64,000 nucleotides of DNA, taken from positions 64,001 to 128,000 of the forward strand of contig OZ244239.1 in assembly GCA_965217115.1 (NCBI GenBank), read 5' to 3'. Of this stretch, positions 1 through 9,324 are shown in pieces. The notes beneath the pieces were generated by a model. That model had not been told where the DNA came from. It saw only the letters and a program-made list of their open reading frames with translations, and ran no database searches. The stretch comes from Bdellovibrionales bacterium. GTDB taxonomy: Bacteria > Bdellovibrionota > Bdellovibrionia > Bdellovibrionales > CAYMLA01. Position numbers and translations under genes: made by a program. The stretch's first letter is position 1. Each line of letters begins with the position of its first letter.

Positions 1-261
1 CTTATAGTCTTTCTCTGGCAAGTTAGAAACGTAACCAACAGGTTTGTAAAGAGCGATACTCACTTTCTGACTGAGTTCTTTTTCAGCTAAAGGAAGAAGT
101 TCTATAGCAGAATCAACAGGAATTTTAACGCCTAGAGTGGACTCTATAACACCATTGACCTTAACAAGTCCTCTAGAGATAAGCTCGTCAGCCTCACGGC
201 GGGAGCAAAGTCCCTTTTGTGCCATGAGCTTAGAGAGCCTAAGAAGTTCCACAGTGGTCAC
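1..261 (-). CDS. rRNA pseudouridine synthase (RsuA/RluB/RluF family), N-terminal part; runs off the window start
   Basis: Manual translation from GTG at 261, overlapping the upstream TGA: MTTVELLRLSKLMAQKGLCSRREADELISRGLVKVNG...ALYKPVGYVSN. This is an S4 domain plus the KPxGY motif. Confidence 0.85.
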   Translation of the reverse strand, partial: MTTVELLRLSKLMAQKGLCSRREADELISRGLVKVNGVIESTLGVKIPVDSAIELLPLAEKELSQKVSIALYKPVGYVSNLPEKDYK

Positions 262-1502
262 TTTGAGCAGAATGGAAGGAGAATTTCTTGAATATGGGAA
301 AGTCTCTCGTTAAGATAATTTCTTTCTATATTCGAGACATCTGGTTGCAAGGGGAAATCAGTAGAGAATTCTTCCTTAGGAGAGAGTGATTGACAAATAT
401 CTGGGGGGACATCGGTTAGAAATCCAATAACAGATTCGATGAGCATCTGGTTCATCTCAGAAATATTCTCTTCCAAAGAGTCATGAAAAAACTCTAGATA
501 ACTTTGGCTATACTGGTGCTTGAGATACACTAGATAAGCAATCAAAGATTGGATTTCAGAAATTAAAGGCTTTTCAAAAATGTGATAGTCAAATTCCAAT
601 GCATCCATTTCATTTAAATAAAGTTGGAAAGATGATTTTTCGTTGGTCAACGAGCTATGAAGAGAAGAGTTGAATTTAGAAAAAGAGGATTGGCTCTGGT
701 TAATGATCTCTTCTAACGAGGTTGTTTTTATTTTCTCAATCTTGGTTTGGAAATTAATTTTTTGAGTAATAGGCTCTTTGGTTGTCTCCTTAGAAAAGCC
801 CGTATTTGGAGATGACTTGGGAATCGAGAAAGATTTAACTGATTGGAGGCATTTTCTCGCATAGAGTTTTTGTAGATGGCCTGGATATTGAGATAAAAGG
901 CTTGTCTCTTTAAATGAAGAAATCATTTCTTGTCTAGCTTCAAACATAAGCGTGATTGTAGATTGTTGCAGATTAAGCTGTTTGTTTATTGGCTGAGAAC
1001 CCCTGCTCTGATTCTTTATTGGAAACCCAACACCTGTGGTACAATAGGATATCCATGTGCCTAAGAAGGAAGATTGTCTTTGATGCAAAGACTCTCGTTC
1101 TTGTTGAGACACAGAGAGTTTCCCTTGAATTTCTAGAATTTGTTCCCTCTTTTTCTGTTCGTAAATGCTTAAAGCTTCTGCAAACCCATTTAAACTGGAA
1201 AAAGTTGAGCTAATAGGAGAAAAATCGGTTTTAAGCTCTTGTTGCAATTTAACACGCTGTTTTGTAAGGCGATTTTGATAGAAAAGAGACTGCAGGTTGA
1301 GAGCGTGAATTTCTGCTTTTAAGAGCAGTTCGGCGTAGGGCTTAAGCACCTCTTTGTTTTGTAAAAATTTCCTATGACTCTCTGATGGGGAGTTTTGACC
1401 CAGTGGACTTTCTACGGGCTGCTGACAGCTCAGGAGAAAGGCATGGGAAAAAACTACTAAAGACCATGTTAAAATGTGATGGTGAGCACGCTTGAGAAGC
1501 AC
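258..1502 (-). CDS. Hypothetical protein, probable lipoprotein
   Basis: 414-aa ORF with a hydrophobic N-terminus ending in LLSC; no recognisable domain. Confidence 0.6.
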   Translation of the reverse strand: MLLKRAHHHILTWSLVVFSHAFLLSCQQPVESPLGQNSPSESHRKFLQNKEVLKPYAELLLKAEIHALNLQSLFYQNRLTKQRVKLQQELKTDFSPISSTFSSLNGFAEALSIYEQKKREQILEIQGKLSVSQQERESLHQRQSSFLGTWISYCTTGVGFPIKNQSRGSQPINKQLNLQQSTITLMFEARQEMISSFKETSLLSQYPGHLQKLYARKCLQSVKSFSIPKSSPNTGFSKETTKEPITQKINFQTKIEKIKTTSLEEIINQSQSSFSKFNSSLHSSLTNEKSSFQLYLNEMDALEFDYHIFEKPLISEIQSLIAYLVYLKHQYSQSYLEFFHDSLEENISEMNQMLIESVIGFLTDVPPDICQSLSPKEEFSTDFPLQPDVSNIERNYLNERLSHIQEILLPFCSK

Positions 1503-1645
1503 CTAGTCTCCTTAGACGAAGGTTTTATGTATCTAGCAGGAATAAGAGCAAATAAGATGCCATATTACAGCCGCTCTCTTCTTGAAAGAGGGCTCTTTGT
1601 GATAAATAGTGGAACTGTTCCCAAGAGACCCATTGATTGAATACG

Positions 1646-1805
1646 GCCTTTTTTTCTAGAGTCTCTCCCAAAAGAGTCCAGTTCTTTTCGGCGAGTTTGG
1701 CTTGGCGACTTCCATTGCATTTCCCTGCAATGGAAGGTGACAAACGAATGTTTGAGCAAGAAAAGGGCTGGACTCTTTTGGGAGAGACCCTAGAAAAAAA
1801 ACGGC
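1646..1805. repeat. Long imperfect palindromic element, family 1, copy 1
   Basis: ~40-bp terminal inverted arms (TTTTTTCTAGAGTCTCTCCCAAAAGAGTCCAGTTCTTTTC / GAAAAGGGCTGGACTCTTTTGGGAGAGACCCTAGAAAAAA) and a central hairpin TTCCATTGCA-tttccc-TGCAATGGAA. Confidence 0.9.
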
Positions 1806-1876
1806 TCCACTATTGTTTGTCATATGTTTGTCATAAAGAATCCAGATAGTTCAAGAAAACTGTAAGAGCCTTCTCC

Positions 1877-2026
1877 CTAGAATCTCTCCCAAAAGAGTCC
1901 AGTTCTTTTCGGCGAGTTTGGCTTGGCGACTTCCATTGCATTTCCCTGCAATGGGAGGTGACAAACGGATGTTTGAGCAAGAAAAGGGCTGGATTCTTTT
2001 GGGAGAGACCCTAGAAAAAAAACGGC
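1877..2026. repeat. Long imperfect palindromic element, family 1, copy 2
   Basis: Near-identical direct copy of 1646-1805; also shares the downstream flank GGCTCCACTATTGTTTGTCATA. Confidence 0.9.
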
Positions 2027-2410
2027 TCATCAGAAAAAAACTGGCTCCACTATTGTTTGTCATATGTTGTTTGTCATATGTTTGTCATAAAGAATCTGAA
2101 AGAGGCGTTTTAATTATTCAAAGGAAAGACCGATAGGAGTGCATGAAGTTATTAGAATTTGGTGTTAAAGTGTTTTTCTTAGCCTTAGTCTTCGGTGTGA
2201 TTTTTCATTTTTAAGTGGTCTCTTTCAAGTGGTTTGCCAGATGAATTTAAGGCGGTGGTAGAGTAATATTTACATCTGACCCCGTTAAAATAACCTAGAG
2301 GTACGTCTTAAAATGAGACATAATTTAGTGTAGGCACTAGAATAATAGGAAAACACTGGAAATTCTCTTATAATGAACAATAGAAGTCATGGGTGGGGGG
2401 ATTTAGCTGT

Positions 2411-3274
2411 ATGAGAAGAATAGGTTTCGTTCTATTTATTTCTTTTTCATTATTGATGATTATGACTCAATTTAATAATTGTGACACTTATACAAATGCG
2501 GCGTTGTCTTATGGTGATCTATCATCTCTAGAGGATGATGAGTTTAATGACTCATACAGTATCGAATTAGAAATTTATAACTTCTCTCCTGTGGAGTTAA
2601 ATTCAGATTCCAATTTCGATATTTCAGGGGGTTGTTATGTAGGAGATTTTGATGGTAATCTTATAGAGTGGAAGCTTCTAGACCCTCAAGGAGCTGTTGT
2701 TAGTCAGAACCAATCAGGCGACGAAGCGCCCCATTGTATAGATGGTAGATTTATCCTGTCTATAGGAGTTCCAGAGAGTTTTGATCCTTCAGAACGGTAT
2801 AATTTAGAAGTGGAACTTGTCTCTCTCGACTCTTCGGGAAAGGAATATCGTAATCCGTCAATAGCTAGGAAATTAATAGAGGTAAAGGCGAGTGAGCTGT
2901 ACTTTAAACTAAATTTACAAGATTTAGGGGGGACTGCCTCTCAGCAGACAACCGTTGGAAGTGCAACCACCTTTAATGCATCGGGTACTTGCTATGAGGG
3001 AAACTCAGGAGGCCATCGCATAAGATGGGAAGTCGTAGGATTCTCTTCTGGAGGAATAGTATCGATGTCAATCAATGACGATGATACCACTGACAATGGA
3101 GTGTGTGTAAATGGAGAATTCACATCGGTCATCACATTACCCGCAGGTTTACCTACAGGGGTCTATACTTTACTTGTAGAACTAATATCGATCTCTTCTT
3201 CAGGGGTAGAGTTCAGAAACCCCTCAGATATGGCGGTAGACTCGGTCGCATTAAATGTGATTTTATCACCTTAG
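2411..3274 (+). CDS. Lipoprotein-like secreted protein with two tandem Cys-containing beta-sandwich-like repeats
   Basis: Signal ends in FNNC. Internal repeat SGxCY...I.W......C.xG.F......P......Y.L.VEL.S..SSG.E.RNPS occurs twice. ORF track start is 2393; ATG 2411 is more likely. Confidence 0.7.
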   Translation: MRRIGFVLFISFSLLMIMTQFNNCDTYTNAALSYGDLSSLEDDEFNDSYSIELEIYNFSPVELNSDSNFDISGGCYVGDFDGNLIEWKLLDPQGAVVSQNQSGDEAPHCIDGRFILSIGVPESFDPSERYNLEVELVSLDSSGKEYRNPSIARKLIEVKASELYFKLNLQDLGGTASQQTTVGSATTFNASGTCYEGNSGGHRIRWEVVGFSSGGIVSMSINDDDTTDNGVCVNGEFTSVITLPAGLPTGVYTLLVELISISSSGVEFRNPSDMAVDSVALNVILSP

Positions 3275-3379
3275 CTCCATCTCTCCCATAAAATAAAACC
3301 GGCCTTAAAAAGGGTTCTTTGTGATAAATAGTGGAACTGTTCCCAAGAGACCCATTGACTCAATTGATTGAATACGTCC

Positions 3380-3536
3380 TTTTTTTCTAGAGTCTCTTCC
3401 AAAAGAATCCAGTTCTTTTCGGCGAGTTTGGCTTGGCGACTTCCATTGCATTTCTCTGCAATGGGAGGTGACAAACGGATGTTTGAGCAAGAAAAGGGCT
3501 AGAGTCTTTTGGAAGAGACTCTAGAAAAAAAACGGC
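3380..3536. repeat. Long imperfect palindromic element, family 1, copy 3
   Basis: Same element. Shares the ~50-bp upstream flank (3311-3358) with copy 1 (1589-1637) and has a compensatory arm change. Confidence 0.9.
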
Positions 3537-3580
3537 TCATCAGAAAAAACTTGCTCCACCAATATTTATCACAAAGAACC

Positions 3581-4579
3581 TTAAAAAGACTCATCAAAGC
3601 TGACTTCCCCTGTGACTCCTACTTGATAAGCAGAAACCCGTCTCTCAAAGAAGTTGGCTAATTCTTGCATATCTTGTAATTCCATAAATGGGAAAGGGTT
3701 CTTTACATTGTACTGAGGCTTAATATTGAGTGTTGCCAGCCGTTGATCGGCTACAAACTGCAAGTACTGGAGCATATCTTTAGGACAGAGTCCAGCAACA
3801 CCTTCAGAGAGAAGATCTTCAGCAAAAGTCATTTCACAGTCGATAGCTTCATTTATCATGGAGACAATCATATCCTCCAATTGTTCATTAAATAATTCCG
3901 GCTCTTCGGCACGGGCAGTTCTGATGGCTTCAAAGGCGAATTCCATATGCATACTCTCATCACGGAAAACCCAATTGGTTCCAGAGGCTAGACCGTTTAG
4001 GAGTCCTTTAGAACGCAAAAAATACACATAGGCAAAAGCTCCAAAGAAGAAGATACCCTCGATACAACAGGCAAAACAAATAAGATTGAGTAAAAAACGG
4101 CGACGATCCTCTATAGTTTTCAAGGAGTCTAGTTCATTGATTGAATCGATCCACTTAAGAGCAAAATCCCCTTTCTTTTTAATAGAGGGAATCTTTTCAA
4201 TAGCAGCAAAAGCTTCAATTCGTTCGTTTTGATCAGGCATATAGGTGTCTAATAGAGTGAGGTAAAATTGCACATGGAGTGCTTCTTCGTAGAGTTGACG
4301 GGAGAGATATAAACGAGCCTCAGGCGCATTTAAATGTTTATAAAGATTCAAAACCAAATTGTTAGAAACAATGGAGTCTCCAGTTGCAAAGAAGGCAACT
4401 AAGCGTTTGATAAGGTGGCTTTCCGCCGGTTTAATTTTGCTATGCAAATCTTTGGTGTCATTACTGAAATCAACTTCTTCGACAGTCCAAGTGTTCTTGA
4501 TAGCATCTTTGTACATTTCGTAGAATTCAGGATATTTCATTGGTCGTAAAGTGAGATTAAAACCAGGATCAAGTAACAT
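3581..4579 (-). CDS. nrdB: Ribonucleotide reductase class Ia beta subunit
   Basis: FFATGD, EEALHVQFY (radical Tyr), IEGIFF, RDESMH and NFFERRV motifs. Confidence 0.95.
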   Translation of the reverse strand: MLLDPGFNLTLRPMKYPEFYEMYKDAIKNTWTVEEVDFSNDTKDLHSKIKPAESHLIKRLVAFFATGDSIVSNNLVLNLYKHLNAPEARLYLSRQLYEEALHVQFYLTLLDTYMPDQNERIEAFAAIEKIPSIKKKGDFALKWIDSINELDSLKTIEDRRRFLLNLICFACCIEGIFFFGAFAYVYFLRSKGLLNGLASGTNWVFRDESMHMEFAFEAIRTARAEEPELFNEQLEDMIVSMINEAIDCEMTFAEDLLSEGVAGLCPKDMLQYLQFVADQRLATLNIKPQYNVKNPFPFMELQDMQELANFFERRVSAYQVGVTGEVSFDESF

Positions 4580-4628
4580 AAGAGCCCCCCTTGGCTAAAG
4601 TTAATTTTCTAGACAAACAATTTTCTAT

Positions 4629-7088
4629 CTACTGACAAGTCTCACAAGTCTCTGGATTCTCCAGAGAACAGGCAAGAGCTTCTGCTTCAGTGTATGTCTT
4701 CTTAGCATCTGTTGTTGCAGTGCCATTGTTTTCAATGACGGTGGTTTTACGAATACGAGTCGCAGGGCGACTGCGTAAATAGTAGGTTGTTTTTATTCCT
4801 TTCTTCCAAGCGTACATATACATGGAAGAGAGTTTGCCAATATCGGGACTTTCCATAAATAGATTAAGCGACTGGCTTTGATCAATATAGGCACCACGAT
4901 CAGCGGCCATGTTGATAAGCTCCTTCATAGGCAGTTCCCAAACTGTACGATAGATGCGCCGAATATCTTCAGGAATGGCTTGAATATTAGCAATGGACCC
5001 CTCGGCCAATTTGATTTGATTACGAATGTCATCAGTCCATAGCCCGTGCTCTTTGAGATCATTGACAAGATACTTATTAATTTGAACAAACTCTCCAGAG
5101 AGAGTTTCTCGCTTAAACAGATTTGAAATTTGGGGTTCGATCGCTTCATAGCTGCCCATGACAGAAGCAATGGTTGCCGTCGGAGCAATAGCAATCACTA
5201 GAGAGTTCCTAACACCGTGTTCTTTTATATCTTCTCTTAGAGTCTTCCAACGTTGAAGATTTTGCTTAGAACTTGATGGTTCTATGCCCCATAAATCAAA
5301 TTGCAAATGACCTTGGGCTAAACGAGTGTCTGCAAAATTACTGTGTGCTCCATGTTGTTGAGCTAACTTGCAAGAGGAATTAAGGGCATTGTAGTAAATC
5401 TCCTCAGCGATTCTCTTGGAGAGCATCTGCGCCTCTTCTGAATCAAAGGGTAGAGCAAGTTTAAAGAAGGTGTCTTGTAAACCTAAATATCCCAGTCCTA
5501 CGGGCCGCCATTTGTGATTTGAGTCGGCTGCGGTCTGAATAGGGTAGAAGTTAATATCAACGACACGATCTAGATACTTCATGGCAATGCTCACTGTACG
5601 AGCTAATTTTTCAAAATTAAATTGTCCATTCTCCACATGGCGAGATAAATTGACAGAGCCTAAATTACAAACAGCTGTCTCTTTGTCATTTGTAACTTCG
5701 AGAATCTCGGTGCAAAGATTAGATAGATGGATGACGTTTTCAGGTTTAACCGTTTGATTGGATTTTTTATTAGAATGATCCTTAAAGTTTATCCAGCCAT
5801 TTCCAGTTTGGGCTAGAGTCTTCATCATTCTTCCATAGAGATCGCGGGCGGGAATTTGTTTAACATAGAGTTCTTGTTTCTCTGCTTCTAAATATGCAGT
5901 TTCAAATTCTTTACCAAAAAGGTCAGGAAAATGTGGAACGACTTTTGGATCAAATAAAGACCACATATCTCCAGATTCGACACGCGTCATAAAGAGATCA
6001 GAGATCCAATTGGCAATATTTAAATTATGGGCACGAGCTGCTTCGTCTCCAGTGTTGTCACGCAGTTCAAGAAACTCTTCAATATCAGCATGCCAGGATT
6101 CGATGTAGACACAACAAGCTCCCTTTCTCTTTCCCCCTTGATTAACTGCTGCTACTGATGAGTCTAAGGTTTTCAGCCAAGGGACAACCCCATTGGAGTG
6201 TCCGTTGGTTCCTTTGATCAGCGACCCTCTGGCACGAACACGGGAAAAGGAGACTCCAATACCACCAGCAAATTTTGATAACATAGCAATGTCTGTGTAC
6301 TTACCATAGATAGAGCCCAGGTCATCCTGAGGAGAGTCTAAGAGATAACAAGAAGACATCTGAGGGCGCAAGGTGCCTGAATTAAAAAGAGTGGGAGTGC
6401 TTGGCATGTAATCATGTCCCGAGATTAAACGATAAAATTCAATGGCATCTTCGGCATTCTCCGAGAGTCCACAGGCGACACGCATAAAGAAATATTGAGG
6501 ATTTTCGATAACCGTTCGACTCTTAGGGTCTTTAAGAAGGTAACGATCAAAAATCGTTTTGAGACCAAAGTATTCAAAGAGATCAGATCTGTAACTTTCA
6601 ACCGAAGCAGAGAGAAGTTCTTTATTTTCTTCGACAAATTGATAGGTGCTGTCACTGATCAGTCCAGCACGGTAGCCATAACGTATGGAATCCACAAATG
6701 AGTTAAGTCCTATATTACGAACTTCTTCGTCGATGTATATATTAAGGAGGCGTGAAGCTAGGCGAGAGTATTCAGGCTCTTCACTTATGAGTAGGGAGGC
6801 GGTTGATATGGCCAACTCATCAAGCTCTTTTGTTGTCGCTCCATCGTATAAGCCACTGATAGCTTTCGTGGCGACACGTAGAGGGTCCACTTCAGTTAAG
6901 GTCTGACAACAACTTGAAACCCTCTCGATGATCTTCATAACATCGACGGGAGCCAGAGAACCATTGCGTTTTTTGACTCTCATTTTATGGGGGCTAGAAT
7001 TTGGTGATAGAGATGCTGCTACAGCCGAATTAGATTCGTTTAAAGTTGGATTGCCGTGGGCTTCTTCTATAGGGTTGTTGTGTAACAT
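4629..7088 (-). CDS. nrdA: Ribonucleotide reductase class Ia alpha subunit with ATP cone
   Basis: VKKRNG ATP cone, STPTLFNSG, SSCYL, SNLCTEI, APTATI, KTTYY and a C-terminal CETCQ. Confidence 0.95.
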   Translation of the reverse strand: MLHNNPIEEAHGNPTLNESNSAVAASLSPNSSPHKMRVKKRNGSLAPVDVMKIIERVSSCCQTLTEVDPLRVATKAISGLYDGATTKELDELAISTASLLISEEPEYSRLASRLLNIYIDEEVRNIGLNSFVDSIRYGYRAGLISDSTYQFVEENKELLSASVESYRSDLFEYFGLKTIFDRYLLKDPKSRTVIENPQYFFMRVACGLSENAEDAIEFYRLISGHDYMPSTPTLFNSGTLRPQMSSCYLLDSPQDDLGSIYGKYTDIAMLSKFAGGIGVSFSRVRARGSLIKGTNGHSNGVVPWLKTLDSSVAAVNQGGKRKGACCVYIESWHADIEEFLELRDNTGDEAARAHNLNIANWISDLFMTRVESGDMWSLFDPKVVPHFPDLFGKEFETAYLEAEKQELYVKQIPARDLYGRMMKTLAQTGNGWINFKDHSNKKSNQTVKPENVIHLSNLCTEILEVTNDKETAVCNLGSVNLSRHVENGQFNFEKLARTVSIAMKYLDRVVDINFYPIQTAADSNHKWRPVGLGYLGLQDTFFKLALPFDSEEAQMLSKRIAEEIYYNALNSSCKLAQQHGAHSNFADTRLAQGHLQFDLWGIEPSSSKQNLQRWKTLREDIKEHGVRNSLVIAIAPTATIASVMGSYEAIEPQISNLFKRETLSGEFVQINKYLVNDLKEHGLWTDDIRNQIKLAEGSIANIQAIPEDIRRIYRTVWELPMKELINMAADRGAYIDQSQSLNLFMESPDIGKLSSMYMYAWKKGIKTTYYLRSRPATRIRKTTVIENNGTATTDAKKTYTEAEALACSLENPETCETCQ

Positions 7089-7115
7089 TGTTGAGTCCTC
7101 CTCTTGCAGTTTTTT

Positions 7116-7160
7116 AAAAAAAATTCGTCTCTTGCCAATAATTAAGATGACAAAGAGACG
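7116..7160 (-). terminator. Intrinsic terminator-like hairpin inside the nrdA 5' leader
   Basis: Minus strand CGTCTCTTTGTCA...TGGCAAGAGACG followed by AA-T8, about 15 nt before the GAGGAGG RBS. Confidence 0.55.
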
Positions 7161-7361
7161 CCCGTCACATTTTCCTCAAAAGTGACTTAGAATAATTTTT
7201 TTTAGATGAACCCATCCATGGTTTATTTTGAGCTAGCGCCCCAGAAATAAGACTTTGAGATCAAACTTCAGTGGACCTAATCAGTTGCTGTAGCTGGGCA
7301 TAAGCCCAGTTACTTCAGGTGTTTTTAGAAGCCCTGTCAGAACCTGACAATGACCTCTAAC

Positions 7362-7418
7362 CCATACAACTAGTGTTTTTTATCTTTAATTCTCTTCCTG
7401 AGAACTACATCTAGTGGT
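7362..7418 (-). promoter_or_regulatory. Tandem NrdR-like boxes
   Basis: Minus strand ACCACTAGATGTAGT (7404-7418) and ACACTAGTTGTATG (~7363-7376), 41 bp apart; both resemble acaCwAtATaTwGtg and lie upstream of nrdA. Confidence 0.65.
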
Positions 7419-7421
7419 GAC

Positions 7422-7451
7422 AGAATAGAGTGATAGCTGTGAGTGAGTCAA
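7422..7451 (-). promoter_or_regulatory. Candidate sigma70 promoter of nrdAB
   Basis: TTGACT-N18-TATTCT, immediately upstream of the NrdR-like box at 7404-7418. Confidence 0.45.
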
Positions 7452-7734
7452 AAAGAAATTATAAATAGGTACAGAGCGTAGGAATCGATATCTTAAAAGG
7501 ATAGTAATATCATGCTATTACGTTAAATATAAAAAATATAAGAAATAAAGCTTGAAATAAGGAACACTGTCATATTCAAAGGCAATAAATTTTGATGATA
7601 GTTCGAGCTCTTTTTAAAAAACAGATTTTCTTTTAAGAAAATAACAGTTTGATACTTTTCATAAAAATAAATGAATAAAAATCCATGTATCTTAACAAAA
7701 GTGGCAAGACAAGGTGGTTAAATTATTGTCATCG

Positions 7735-8517
7735 TCAAGCTGCTCTCAAATTCAAATGGGAAGAGTCATGGGTTTTTTTCATCACGTATTCAATGATGCT
7801 GGCTAAGTGTGCTTGATCTATTTGTATGAATCGAAGATTGCAATGGGATTGGTTGCTGTTCTTGTCGCACTTCTCTAGATGAACAACCTCTACCATGGCT
7901 CGAATAGGGGAGGGGATATCAGGACTGCCATTATAGGTAAGCTGATATACCTGCCTGATATTAATAATCCCATTGGGGACAAGGAGTCCCATGCCACCTT
8001 CACTAATTGTCTTTGCTTGTGCCGTATAGGTTATGTTTTGATTTAGGTCTGAGAGAGAGAGTTGGCCAAAAATATTTGCTCTGGAATATCGACGTCTAGG
8101 GATACCTAGGTCATCGGTGATCTTGTGAAAAGAGTGGACTCCTCTCCACTCTTTCATGCCTTCAGTCCAAAGTATGGTTTCAGAAAAATCTTCAATAGTT
8201 TTTAAATAACCCATCATTTGTGATTGATTTAGGGGGGTGCTTTGTTCTGCGTTGGGATGGCTAACGACATACCAGATTTTTTCTTGCTCCTCTTTTTCTT
8301 CTTGGGCCTGTCTCTCTGAAAGCCGTCGCCACTGTTCAGAGCTGAGCCACTGGGTCTGCCCCCTTGCCCATAAATGAACTTCTCTCCTATGGTTCTTCTG
8401 TGAGAGATAGTTTCTTGTTTGTGCCATTGAAAAAGGGCCAACTATTTCGTCATTAGTATTAATAAACCAATCTCTTCCATCCATGGTGACCTCTTCGACA
8501 TGATTTTGAATAAACAT
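7735..8517 (-). CDS. GYF_2 (DUF4339) x2 + PilZ domain protein
   Basis: W...GPFS...LWARGQTQW and WY...LWTEGMKEW repeats; RRYSR and TISEGG PilZ-type motifs. Confidence 0.8.
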   Translation of the reverse strand: MFIQNHVEEVTMDGRDWFINTNDEIVGPFSMAQTRNYLSQKNHRREVHLWARGQTQWLSSEQWRRLSERQAQEEKEEQEKIWYVVSHPNAEQSTPLNQSQMMGYLKTIEDFSETILWTEGMKEWRGVHSFHKITDDLGIPRRRYSRANIFGQLSLSDLNQNITYTAQAKTISEGGMGLLVPNGIINIRQVYQLTYNGSPDIPSPIRAMVEVVHLEKCDKNSNQSHCNLRFIQIDQAHLASIIEYVMKKTHDSSHLNLRAA

Positions 8518-8749
8518 AAAGAATTAAAGGAAATAGTAGAGAACTAGCAGATGACTTCAAGCATCGAATTGCCTAGCTGGGCCGAATTCGCCTTCGTCCT
8601 TCTTCAGAGGGGTAATGACAAAGGACTAGCCAAAAGGCTGAGTTAAATGATAGAATTTGAAAAGAATGCCCTAAAAGAAAACACACTGAATTCTTACTAA
8701 AATGTTAGCATTCTTTAATACAGGTTATGATAAATCACTGGAGTCTAAA

Positions 8750-9322
8750 ATGAAAAAACACGTTATAGCTGGGACGAACCGCCCTGGTTCTCGAAGTCTA
8801 GAACTCTCTTCTCTTATTCAAAGTCTCTACCTAGAACAGGGAGAGGATGTTGATGTTATCAGTTTGGAGAAGGTCGGTCTTGAGGAGATGAATGGAAGTC
8901 ATTACGGCAGTGATAGCATGCCTTCCAAAATTCGGGACTATGTGAATAGGATTTCAGAGTCTGATGGGCTTATTATGGTGGTTCCTGAGTACAATGGCTC
9001 CATGCCTGGAGCTTTAAAATACTTTATTGATTTTTGGAAATATCCGGGGTCCTTTGAATACCGTCCTGTGTGTTTTGTAGGTTTAGGTGGTCTTTTTGGT
9101 GGTCTGAGGCCAGTGGAACACTTGCAACATGTTTTTAATTACCGGAATTCCTTTGTTTATCCTGAAAGGGTCTTTATTAGAAATGTTTGGGAAGTATTGA
9201 GAGAGGGAAAGGTAGAGGATGAAATTATTCTGCAATTATTGAAATCGCAAGTTTCGGGGTTTCAGAAGTTTTGTGCAGCATTGAACGATTCTAACCTGCA
9301 TGTAAATAAGAGGGATTCATAG
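8750..9322 (+). CDS. NADPH-dependent FMN reductase
   Basis: GTNRPGS and PEYNGSMPGALKYFID motifs. ORF track start is 8702. Confidence 0.9.
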   Translation: MKKHVIAGTNRPGSRSLELSSLIQSLYLEQGEDVDVISLEKVGLEEMNGSHYGSDSMPSKIRDYVNRISESDGLIMVVPEYNGSMPGALKYFIDFWKYPGSFEYRPVCFVGLGGLFGGLRPVEHLQHVFNYRNSFVYPERVFIRNVWEVLREGKVEDEIILQLLKSQVSGFQKFCAALNDSNLHVNKRDS

Positions 9323-9324
9323 AA

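Noticed and set aside
1525..2136. Several 60-72-aa ORFs on both strands (also 3271-3490)
   Set aside because: They are translations of the palindromic repeat, with no RBS or protein-like features.
1646..3536. Integron attC sites or an autonomous IS
   Set aside because: No RYYYAAC/GTTRRRY ends were recognised, there is no integrase or transposase in the window, and no clear target-site duplication.
7160..7360. Canonical cobalamin riboswitch
   Set aside because: Only isolated short words match and the conserved GGGAA and B12-box elements were not found. Kept only as an unknown structured leader.
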